A stretch of DNA of 64,000 nucleotides from Tubulanus polymorphus (Eukaryota; Animalia; Nemertea), in NCBI RefSeq assembly GCF_964204645.1, contig NC_134029.1, forward strand, positions 4,216,001 through 4,280,000. Reading direction: 5' to 3'. The notes under the pieces are model-generated. The model did no database searches. It saw nothing but the letters and a program-made list of their open reading frames with translations, and was not told where the DNA came from. The translations under genes and the position numbers were made by a program. Shown here one piece after another: positions 37,891 through 57,854 of the stretch (position 1 is its first letter; every line of letters starts with the position of its first letter).

Positions 37891-40800
37891 AGTTGATGAC
37901 TTTAATACTGCTGCTTGCTGCTGGGTGTTATTTAATACACTCTGTTTTGGGTGATATTGAGTTCAGGAGTCTCCTCCTTCTTCTTCAAATGTCATGTAGA
38001 AACGTGACAAACAAACTGAATTGTCAGTGTGATACAACACTGATGACCTCCTTTAATACTGCTACTTGCTGCTGGGTGTAAATTAAAACGCTGTGTTTTG
38101 GGGTGATATTGAGTTGAGGAGTCTCCTCCTTCCTTCTTCAACTGTCATGTAGAAACGTGACAAACAAACTGCATTGTCTGTGTGTTACAACACTGATGGC
38201 CTCCTTTAATACTGTTGCTTGGTGCTGGGTGTTAATTGATACACTCTATTTTGGGTGATATTGAGTTCAGGAGTCTCCTCCTTCCTTCTTCAACTGTCAC
38301 GTGGAAACGTGACTAACAAACTGAATCGTCAGTGTGATACAACACTGATGGCCTCCTTTAATACAGCTCGTTGCTGCAGGGTGGTAATTCTTACCTCCTT
38401 CCCTTACCTTCTTGAATTATTACATAAAACATTATCACAATAAAAATTATTACATTAAACATTATTACATCATGAATTGTTAATAATTACATTATCAAAT
38501 TACACATTATGGCCATCTAAAAAGCTGGCAAGTTCCTTCTCCATGTTAATCATTCCACTTTTTAGGGGTGATATTGAGTTCAGGAGCCTCCTCCTGCCTT
38601 CTTCAACTGTCATGTAGAAATGTGACAAACAAACTGAATTGTCTTCCTGATGTCCAACCTGATGATCTCCTCTAATACTGCTGCTTGCTGGTGCATGTTA
38701 ATTAAAACACTCTGTTTTGGGGTGATATATTGAGTTAAGGAGTCTTCTCCTTCCTTCATCAACTGTCATGTAGAAACGTGACAAACAAACTGAATTGTAA
38801 GTGTGTTACATCACTGATGACCTCCTTTTATACTGCTGCTTGCTGGTGGTGTTAATTGATACACTCTGTTTTGGGGTGATATCTAAAATATATATAAAAA
38901 TTATTACATTAAACATTATAACAACATGAATCATCCTCCTTAAATACTGCTGCTTGCTGCTGGCTCCGTTTTGGGGTGATATTGAGATCAGGAGTCTCCT
39001 CCTTCCTTCTTCAACTGTCATGTAGAAACGTGACAAACAAACTGCATTGTCAGTGTGTTAGAACACTGATGACCTCCTTTAATACTGCTGCTTGCTGGTG
39101 GTGTTAATTGATACACTCTGTTATGAGGTGATATTGAGTTCAGGAGTCTCCTCCTTCCTTCGTCAACTGTCATGTAGAAACATGACAAACAAACTGAATT
39201 GTCAGTGTGTTACAACACTGATGACCTCCTTTAATACTGCTGCTTGCTGGTGGTGTTAATTGATACACTCTGTTATGAGGTGATATTGAGTTCAGGAGTC
39301 TCCTCCTTCCTTCGTCAACTGTCATGTAGAAACATGACAAACAAACTGAATTGTCAGTGTGTTACAACACTGATGACCTCCTTTAATACTGCTGTTTGCT
39401 GGTGGTGTTAATTGATATACTCTGTTTTGGGGTGATATCTAAAATATATATAAAAATTATTACATTAAACATTATAACAACATGAATCATTCTCCTTCAA
39501 TACTGCTGCTTGCTGCTGGCTCCGTTTTGGGGTGATATTGAGATCAGTAGTCTCCTCCTTCCTTCTTCAACTGTCATGTAGAAACGTGACAAACAAACTG
39601 AATTGTCAGTGTGTTAGAACACTGATGACCTCCTTTAATACTGCTGCTTGCTGGTGGTGTTAATTGATACACTCTGTTTTGGGGTGATATTGAGTTCAGG
39701 AGTCTTCTCCTTCCTTCTTCAACTGTCATGTAGAAACGAGACAAACAGAGTTGTCAGTGTGTTACAACACTGATGACCTCCTTTAATACTGCTGTTTGCT
39801 GGTGGTGTTAATTGATATACTCTGTTTTGGGGTGATATCTAAAATATATATAAAAATTATTACATTAAACATTATAACAACATGAATCATTCTCCTTAAA
39901 TACTGCTGCTTGCTGCTGGCTCCGTTTTGGGGTGATATTGAGATTAGGAGTCTCCTCCTTCCTTCTTCAACTGTCATGTAGAAACGTGACAAACAAACTG
40001 AATTGTCAGTGCGTTACATCACTGAGGGCCTCCTTTAATACTGCTGCTTGCTGGTGCCTGGTGATTTAAACACTCAGTTTTGCGACTTAACGTTTTAAAT
40101 GTATAAATATTCAAAAGAGCTATCCATCGATAGCTTTGTGGTGGTTGTATCATTGAAATGTCGCTGGTGTTGGTTTTGTGTATATATTGTAATATATGTC
40201 GATGAATTGGGATTGATTGTTATGTTTCCTGATCGTCATTATTGCGACTTAACGTTTTAAATGTATAGATATTTAAAGGAGCTATCCATCGATAGCTTTG
40301 TGGTGGTTGTATCATTGAAATGTCGCTGGTGTTGGTTTTGTGTATATATTGTAATATATGTCGGTGAATTGGGATTGATTGATATGTTTCCTCATCATCC
40401 TATAGGGACTTAATGTTTTAAATGTACAAATATTCAAAGGAGCTTACCATTGATAGCTTTGTGGTGGTTGTATCATTGAAATGTTGCTGGTGTTGGTTTT
40501 GTGTATATATTGTAATATATGTCGATGAATTGAGAATGATTATGTTTCTTGATCGTCATTATTGCGACTTAACGTTTTAAATGTATAGATATTCAAAGGA
40601 GCTATCCATCGATAGCTTTGTGGTGGTTGTATCATTGAAATGCTGCTGGTGTTGGTTTTGTGTATATATTTTGATATATGTCGGTGAATTGGGATTGATT
40701 GTTGTATTTTCTGATCGTCCTCATTGCGACTTAACGTTTTAAATGTATAAATATTCGAAGCAGCTATCCATCGATAGCTTTGTGGTGGTTGTATCATTGA

Positions 40801-43790
40801 AATTCCTCGTTTAGTGTTCAAAAACACTGTGGGTGAATTACTGCTAAATTGGTGGTGATGAAAGTTAAGTGTTACAAAACACAGTGGATGAATTACTGCT
40901 AAATCAATTGGTTGCGATGAAAGTTAAGTGTTACAAAACACTGATACACTCTGTTATGGGGTGATATTGAGTTCAGGAGCCTCCTCCTTCCTTCTTCAAC
41001 TGTCATGTAGAAATGTGACAAACAAACTGAATTGTCCTCCTGGTGTCTTACCTGATGACCTCCTTTAATACTGCTGCTTGCTGCTGGGTGTTATTTAATA
41101 CACTCCGTTTTGGGATGATATTGAGTTCAGGAGTCTCCTCCTTCCTTCAACTGTCATGTAGAAACGAGACAAACAAACTGAATTGTCAGTGTGTTACAAC
41201 ACTGATGACCTCCTTTAATACTGCTGCTTGCTGGTAGTGTTAATTGATACACTCTGTTTTGGGGTGATATTGAGTTCAGGAGTCTCCTCCTTCCTTCTTC
41301 AACTGTCATGTAGAAACATGACAAACAAACTGAATTGTCACTGTGTTACATCACTGATGACCTCCTTTAATACTGCTGTTTGCTGGTAGTGTTAATTGAT
41401 ATACTCTGTTTTGGGGTGATATCTAAAATATATATAAAAATTATTACATTAAACATTATAACAACATGAATCATTCTCCTTAAATACTGCTGCTTGCTGC
41501 TGGCTCCGTTTTGGGGTGATATTGAGATCAGGAGTCTCCTCCTTCCTTCTTCAACTGTCATGTAGAAACGTGACAAACAAACTGAATTGTCAGTGCGTTA
41601 CATCACTGAGGGCCTCCTTTAATACTGCTGCTTGCTGGTGCATGGTAATTTAAACACTCAGTTTTGCGACTTAACGTTTTAAATGTATAGATATTCAAAG
41701 GAGCTATCCATCGATAGCTTTGTGGTGGTTGTATCATTGAAATGTCGCTGGTGTTGGTTTTGTGTATATATTGTAATATATGTCGGTGAATTGGGATTGA
41801 TTGTTATGTTTCCTCATCATCCTATAGGGACTTAATGTTTTAAATGTATAAATATTCAAAGGAGCTATCCATCGATAGCTTTGTGGTGGTTGTATCATTG
41901 AAATGCTGCTGGTGTTGGTTTTGTGTATATATTGTGATATATGTCGGTGAATTGGGATTGATTGTTGTATTTTCTGATCGTCCTCATTGCGACTTAACGT
42001 TTTAAATGTATAAATATTCGAAGCAGCTATCCATCGATAGCTTTGTGGTGGTTGTATCATTGAAATTCCTCGTTTAGTGTTCAAAAACACTGTGGGTGAA
42101 TTACTGCTAAATTGGTGGTGATGAAAGTTAAGTGTTACAAAACAAAGTGGATGAATTACTGCTAAATCAATTGGTTGTGATGAAAGTTAAGTGTTACAAA
42201 ACACTGACACACTCCGTTTTGGGGTGATATTGAGTTCAGGAGTGTCCTCCTTCCTTCTTCAACTGTCATGTAGAAATGTGACAAACAAACTGAATTGTCC
42301 TCCTGGTGTCTTACCTGATGACCTCCTTTCATACTGCTGCTTGCTGCTGGGTGTTATTTAATACACTCTGTTTTGGGATGATATTGAGTTCAGGAGTCTC
42401 CTCCTTCCTTCTTCAACTGTCACATAGAAATGTGACAAACAAACTGAATCGTCAGTGTGATACAACACTGATGGCCTCCTTAAATACTGCTGCTTGCTGC
42501 TGGGTGTAAATTAAAAACGCTCTGTTTTGGGGTGATATTGAGTTAAGGAGTCTTCTCCTTCCTTCTTCAACTGTCTCGTAGAAATGTGACATACAAACTG
42601 AATTGTCAGTGTGATACAACACTGATGGCCTCCTTTAATACTGCTCGTTGCTGCTGGGTGGTAGGCCCTAATTCTTACCTCCTTCCCTTATTTGAATTAT
42701 AACATTAAACATTATCACAATAAAAATTATTATATCAAACGTTATTACATCTAGAATTGTTACATAATTACATTACCAAATTACCTATTATGGCCATCTA
42801 AAAAGCTGGCAAGTTCCTTCTCCATGTTAATCATTCCACTTTTTTAGGGGTGATATTGAGTTCAGGAGCCTCCTCCTTCCTTCTTCAACTGTCATGTAGA
42901 AATGTGACAAAAAACTGAATTGTCCTCCTGGTGTCTTACCTGATGATCTCCTTTAATACTGCTGCTTGCTGCTGGATGTTATTTAATACACTCTGTTTTG
43001 AGGTGATATATATTGAGTTAAGGAGTCTCCTCCTTCCTTCTTCAACTGTCATGTAGATATGTGACAAACAAACTGAATTGTCAGTGTGTTACAACACTGA
43101 TGACCTCCTTTTATACTGCTGCTTGCTGGTGGTGTTAATTGATACACTCTGTTTGGGGTGATATTGAGTTCAGGAGTCTTCTCCTTCCTTCTTCAACTGT
43201 CATGTAGAAATGTGACAAAAAACTGAATTGTCCTCCTGGTGTCTTACCTGATGATCTCCTTTAATACTGCTGCTTGCTGCTGGATGTTATTTAATACACT
43301 CTGTTTTGAGGTGATATATATTGAGTTAAGGAGTCTCCTCCTTCCTTCTTCAACTGTCATGTAGATATGTGACAAACAAACTGAATTGTCAGTGTGTTAC
43401 AACACTGATGACCTCCTTTAATACTGCTGCTTGCTGGTGGTGTTAATTGATACACTCTGTTTGGGGTGATATTGAGTTCAGGAGTCTTCTCCTTCCTTCT
43501 TCAACTGTCATGTAGAAAACTGAATTGTCAGTGTGATACATCACTGATGATGGCCTCCTTCAATACTGCTGCTTGCTGGTGCATGTTAATTAGAACACTC
43601 TGTTTTGGGGTGATATTGACCATATTGAGTTTAGGAGTCTTCTCCTTCCTACTTCAACTGTCATGTAGAAACGTGACAAACAAACTGAATTGTCAGTGTG
43701 TTACATCACTGATGACCTCCTTAATACTGCTGCTTGCTGCTGGGTGTTAATTGATACACACTCTTGTTTTGGGGGTGATATTGAGTTTTG
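37891..43790 (+). repeat. 152-bp satellite array with nested 162-bp satellite blocks and higher-order duplications
   Basis: 152-bp unit ttttggggtgatattgagttcaggagtctcctccttccttcttcaactgtcatgtagaaacgtgacaaacaaactgaattgtc...; 162-bp unit gcgacttaacgttttaaatgtata...gctatccatcgatagctttgtggtggttgtatc at ~40080-40800, ~41665-42065 and once at ~43810-43915. Confidence 0.95.
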
Positions 43791-44559
43791 TTTCCTGATC
43801 TCCCTTATCGCGACTTAACATTTTAAATGTATAAATATTCAAAGGAGCTATCCATCGATAGCTTTGTGGTGGTTGTATCATTGAAATTTCACTGGTGTTG
43901 GTACTGTATATATATTGTATCAGCAACTTATCATCATATTACGGAGTTGCGTTATAAGACTTTTATATTCAAAGATGCTATTGCTTGATAGCCCTTGATA
44001 GCCTAGGTGTAAGATAGCCTTTGAATCAGCTAAACTGGGTCGGAGCATTTTATGAATGCTGATAAACTCTTAACCTGAGTTAATAAAACTTCAAAACATT
44101 GGAGCCAACTCTTGTCCATTATAGCCTATTAAGTGAAGATCGATCATCAAAAACACCGGTGAAAACAATTGACGTCTCACTAAGCACCTGACGTCTCACT
44201 TTGCACTGATGCATCCATGCACGAATGCACTTGCATGAAATGGCACTAAATACATAAAGACACACAAATTGTGTTTATGTATTTTTCAGGGTATACACAT
44301 GCACACCCGCGGGTCCAGTACATGGAAAAAAAACTTGATTCGCATGTAAAGTGCTATCTATCTATGTTTGTGTGTGGATATAATTTGTGACAATGTTTCA
44401 GTGTTTGTCATTGAAAAGCATTAATTCTACGTACAATCTTAGATACCCATTTTGTAGACAAAAATATAAAAGGTTAATGATTAATTGTAAAATGGAAAAA
44501 ATGAAATGTGAAATTATCAATGTCTGAAATAATATAGTGAAGATTAAGTCGCAGTGATT

Positions 44560-46892
44560 ATAGAGAGATTAGAGCGTCAGATCAGCCAGATCAGTTGTAC
44601 TGAGTTATCTCCCTCAAAGTCAGGAACAAAGTGACAAGAGTCACAGGGAAAGTTCACAGTTCCAGAGGAATGTCGAGTCATTTGTCTGAATTGACTTTAA
44701 ATCAGGTATGATATTGAAATTGTATTAATCAATTTTCAAAGTCTCAAAATTGAAAATTATTCATATTTTGTTGTTGTATCTTGTAGCAAATATTGAGAGG
44801 TTTACCACAGAACTGATTCTCACCAGAGATGAGACAATTTCCAGGAATCAGTTAGATGAATGTCACCACTGAGATCAGTTGTACTGTCTGTACTGTCAAA
44901 GTCAGCAACAGAGTTACAGAGTCGCAAGGAAGGTTAATAGTTCCAGAGGAATGTCGAGTCATTATTCTGAACTGACTATGAATGAGGTATATTAATTAAG
45001 TTAGACAGATATGGATTTCTTGTTGTTGGGAAGTCTCAAACGTTATGATGGTCTGTTACATGTTTTCTTGTAGCAAATCATTAGACATGCAATACCAGAG
45101 GAAGGATCAGTCATTGAACTGACTATAGATCAAAGTGTGATCAAAATCTAAATTCATTCATATTTTGTTTTCTTTTAGCTAATATTGAGAGGTTTACCAC
45201 AGAATTGAGGGTCACCAGAGAGGGGAATATCACCAGTGAGATCAGTACAGAACTATGTTTATCCAAGTGGTAAGATCAGGGTAGGGTGTCTCCAGTGAGA
45301 TAAGAGGATCACAAGTGAGATGAGATCAGTGGCGCTGTGCTGTATCTGCCTCTAAGTTGGGAACGAAGTAACAATTAAGAGTCACATGTTAACAGTTCCA
45401 GCGGAACGTCGAGTCATTAGTCTGAACTGACAATAAATCAGGTATAATATTGACATAATATAAAAATCTCAAAAATTGAAAATTTCCGGTATTCATATTT
45501 TGTGTTTTCTTGTAGCAAATATTGTGAGGTCCACAGAACTGAGTCACTAATAGATGAGACAATCACCAGGCATCAGTTAGATGAATGTCACCGCTGAGAT
45601 CAGTAGTACTGAGTTATCTGCCTTAGTCAACAACAAAGTAGTGTCACAAAGTGAACAGTTGCAAAGGAAGCTCGAGTCATTAGTCTGAACTGACTTTAAA
45701 TCAGGTATAATTTTGAAATTACATGAATCAATTTTAAATCTGACATTATTCAAAAATTATTCATATTTTGAGTTTTCGTGTTCTAAGTAGGAAATATCTA
45801 AAGATGTTATGTTACTACAAGATGGAAAAATACCTGCAGGGATTACATGAATATTCTTCCAAAGTTGAAAGAATGAAAGAATGGATGAGTCATGAATCTG
45901 AACGGACTATAAATCAGGTATATTGTAATAGAAAAACGACTTGAAATGTTTTATTGATTGTTTAAAATATTCTTTAATGTTTGTTTGATTTGTCTTCTAG
46001 GTGAAAAAATGTGTGATGCATCTAATTTAATAATAAGATGGCGCCTGTTAATCATTTGCGTTTCTGGAACTTAGAGAACTCTAATGTATTCCTGGAACTA
46101 AGAGAACTCTAATGTATTCCTGGAACTAAGAGAACTCTAATGTATTCCTGGAACTAAGAGAACTCTAATGCATTCCTGGAACTAAGAGAACTCTAACGCG
46201 TTGCTGGAACTTCGAGATGCGTTGCTGAAATTTGGGAGAACTCTAATGCGTTGCTGGAACTTGGTGAACTCTAATGCGTTGCTGGAACTTCGAGAACTCT
46301 AATGCGTTGCTGAAACTTGGTGAACTCTAATGCGTTGCTAGAACTTGGAGAACTCTAATGCATTGCTGGAACTTCGAGAACTCTAATGCGTTGCTGGAAC
46401 TTCGAGTACTCTAATGCGTTGCTGAAACTTGGAGAACTCTAATGCATTGCTGGAACTTCGAGAACTCTAATGCGTTGCTGAAACTTGGAGAACTCTAATG
46501 CATTGCTGGAACTTCGAGAACTCTAATGCGTTGCTGGAACTTCGAGTACTCTAATGCGTTGCTGAAACTTGGAGAACTCTAATGCATTGCTGGAACTTCG
46601 AGAACTCTAATGCGTTGCTGAAACTTGGAGAACTCTAATGCATTGCTGGAACTTCGAGAACTCGAATGCGTTGCTGGAACTTGGAGAACTCTAATGTGTT
46701 ACTGGAACTTGGATTACTCTAATGTGTTGCTCGAACTTGGAGAACTCTTAATGGGTTGCTGGAACTTGGACAACTCTTCTGCGTGTTAGGACTTTGAGAA
46801 TTCTTGCGTGTGCAACTGACCGTGTTTGTGAACATATGTGTTCAATTTGATTTATTTTGATTTATTTATTTATTTATTTTGATTTAAATAAA
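44560..46892 (+). ncRNA. Candidate spliced non-coding (or decayed) transcription unit built of tandemly duplicated exon-intron cassettes
   Basis: Repeated acceptors ttgtag|caaat and donors aaatcag|gtat: putative exons ending 44705, then 44787-44986, 45074-45134, 45179-45441, 45516-45704, 45791-45917; terminal exon from 46001 with AATAAA at 46887. Exon lengths do not keep a frame. Confidence 0.45.
46065..46790 (+). repeat. 28-bp tandem repeat, ~26 copies
   Basis: Unit gagaactctaatgcgttgctggaacttc and variants. Confidence 0.96.
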
Positions 46893-48669
46893 ACAAGTGA
46901 GAATATCTTTGATCGTTTCTAAAGAATTGTTGATGTTGTTTTGAGGTCGAACTGAAATGCAGCAGTCAGTTCCGTAGTGTGTTTGAATATCGACATGACA
47001 TGATGACTGACCTTGATTTCTTCGTGTTGACTTCTGTCGGTGTTGGTTAATTACAATGCATTTTAACTCGTTTGTTTTTGTAAATACCATATTTACTTCT
47101 ATGAAATGACATGATTGATTCGTAGAGGAGCTGTATTCTCAACTTTGTGGAGAATAGTAAAACGAGGTGGAAAGTACTTACGTAACCAGTTTATCTTGTC
47201 TTTTATTTGTTACATTGATGAATTATATTGGTTTTGTGGTGCTTAATTGATTTAAAGGGCTTGTGATTGGTGTTTGATAATTGGTTGACCTTTGTTTACA
47301 TGTAAATACATATTGAACTATTAATCACAACAACTAAAACCTATTCGTGGTTTAGTTGTTCACTACAAATTGTTTTTGTTATTTTTCTGTAATCTACAGT
47401 TGACTCAGCTCTCGGCTCTTTAACTCGAATCACACTTATCGATTATAGTATACTTTCAAACTCAATCTATTGTCTGTACAATCACCATTACTCACATGTT
47501 TTAATTTATTTTAGTTAGAACTCGGTCTATTCATGGACATTTAAACTTGATAGTCCCTGAGATTATATTTTCCAGTTTATTGATACATTAGGTGTGATAG
47601 AAAACTACCGTAAACCTCACTCGGATTTTCACTGCAACTAGTGCCAATCTAGTGGGTCTCTAGTTCCAGTAGGGCGGCTTTTTCGTTTAAATAGCTTATC
47701 TCATCATCACAGCAGTTGCAAGCATGCCTAAGGCTAAAACATGGATTTGGAACTTTGTTTCTCCGCTCTGCCGAGCTTAAAAGTAGACCTGGCCGGCCGC
47801 TATCTACCCTGTCCCTGTACATTACTTTTTGTTTAAATCGTGAACAATTTTACCATTACAGACCCGGTCGCTATAGAAATGAACTGTTTACAAATTTTAT
47901 CATTACAAATATGACCCAGCCGAGCTATAAGGCCATATTTTTCGTTCACTGCCATTCCGCTACGTAGGCCGTAGGCCTACATGAGTCGTCAATTTTCTCA
48001 ATCATAATTATCTGAATTTTTGACCAATTTGTCTCAAAAAATTCCCAAAACCAGTACCATGACAAATTGTAAATTATGAATAACAAATGTTTGAGAAATG
48101 ACCTACGTTTTCCCCCAATCAATCGTGCGGCCGGGTATCTCATAATTATCAACACCTCATCCTGGCCACGGCTAGTCAGTAACCTGTCTGTGGTTTAGTT
48201 TCACGATCGGATATTTTCACAAACCACATTGGTATAAGCCCATCCGATTATAAAAAGCTTGCCACCAACGATTAGGTAACTAACTAGGCCACGGCATGAC
48301 TCAGCAGGTTGTCATATCATTCTCATTGGAACCATTGGAACGTTTCTTATCATCACCCTTCCCCCTTTGAAAAATTTTTGATCCGACCACGTAGTCACCT
48401 TACCCCAGACCTGCTGGATTTGTAATTAGAAGATCGATAACAGAGAGCAGATTGATACAGCTGTTTGTAGTGTGTGCATTTTACAAGTAACAACATAGTA
48501 ATATAATCTTAAACAAAAGGAAAACGCATTGCGTTAGAAATAAATTAATCTAAAAGAAGAACATGATAACGTAGTAGTGTCTAGAGCTGAGTCAGTTGAG
48601 TATGTTAGTGGAGCCGCAAAGGCTTTTCTCCCCCGAACTGCACGCGTTAAATAGCCAGCGGACATCCTG

Positions 48670-49330
48670 CACAGACATCTGCCTTAAATCAGCTTTAACA
48701 ATATAGTGTCCTTCACAATATACTGGATTTTCAGGAAGCCTCAGGTTTTAGTTTTAGAGAAATTAGATTTTGATAAAAGTTTAATTTTCAAATACCGCGA
48801 CATGATGCAATCGTGTATTGAAATAACGCGTATTTTAACTATGATCAAATCAATTGCACAGACATCTGCTTTACATCGACCTGAAGAATAGAGTCTCCTT
48901 AATAATATACTCAATTTTCAGAAAGCCTCAGGTTTTAGTTTTAGAGAAATTTGATTTTTAATTTTAATTTTTAAATGTTGAGCCACGATGCAATCGTGCG
49001 TTGAAATACGCGTATTTCTAACCATGAACAAATCAAGACATATCTTCGAAAATTAACTTGAAGAATAGAGATTTTCGTCAAATGCTCCATTTTCAAGAAT
49101 TTTCAGGCTTTATTTTTAGTGAAATTTGATCTTTCATTAGATTTTGCGCGCCATGACATCGCGTAGGCCCAGCTATTAAGTAATAATACCAAATTGAACA
49201 ATATCCCCGTTCGGATTATTAATTTTTTGGTAGCTTTTCTTTTACTTTTAGACATATTTGAATTTTAAAATTCAAATAACGCACCCTGTCACGCAATCGT
49301 ACTGAAATAACAGGCATTGATGTAAGATAT
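48670..49330 (+). repeat. Degenerate ~190-bp tandem repeat (3-4 copies) near the right end of the insertion
   Basis: ttttcag.aagcctcaggttttagttttagagaaatt.gatttt and gatgcaatcgtg..ttgaaata.cgcgtattt recur. Confidence 0.75.
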
Positions 49331-49496
49331 ATTTCGATGAGAATCTATGAAATTTACGAAAATCATTCATATTTCAATTAAGCAATAACGAATTATATAA
49401 AACAATTATTGAGCACTCTACTGCCCCCGGTGACTTCATTGAATGACCGTCGTTTCGTCAGGTCAAAGCGTTAGGTTATACATTTCACATCAACCA

Positions 49497-49533
49497 GTAT
49501 TTCACAGCGGTCCTAAATATCGACCGAAACCGA
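49497..49533 (+). repeat. Direct repeat copy R (37 bp), in SMC5 proximal promoter
   Basis: gtatttcacagcggtcctaaatatcgaccgaaaccga; 35/37 identity to 17135-17171. Confidence 0.92.
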
Positions 49534-49600
49534 CCGAAACCATGATAGAATTATTTACGCTCGTTGTATCAAATGTAAGTGGCATCGGCTCGTGAGTGAA

Positions 49601-57854
<8,254 letters not shown>

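Larger units (their letters stand above)
17250..49497. mobile_element. Candidate 32.2-kb TIR-bounded insertion between DIS3 and SMC5
   Basis: 17247-17272 atactggttgatgtgaaatgtataac is the exact reverse complement of 49475-49500; reads as TA|CTGGTTGATGTGAAATGTATAAC ... GTTATACATTTCACATCAACCAG|TA. Contents differ sharply from flanks (satellites, orphan gene). No transposase seen. Confidence 0.55.

Noticed and set aside
17250-49497. Polinton/Maverick, Teratorn or endogenous virus identity for the insertion
   Set aside because: No pPolB, integrase, capsid, packaging ATPase, helicase or transposase ORF is visible, and the termini lack the AG-rich long TIRs and 6-bp TSD of Polintons.
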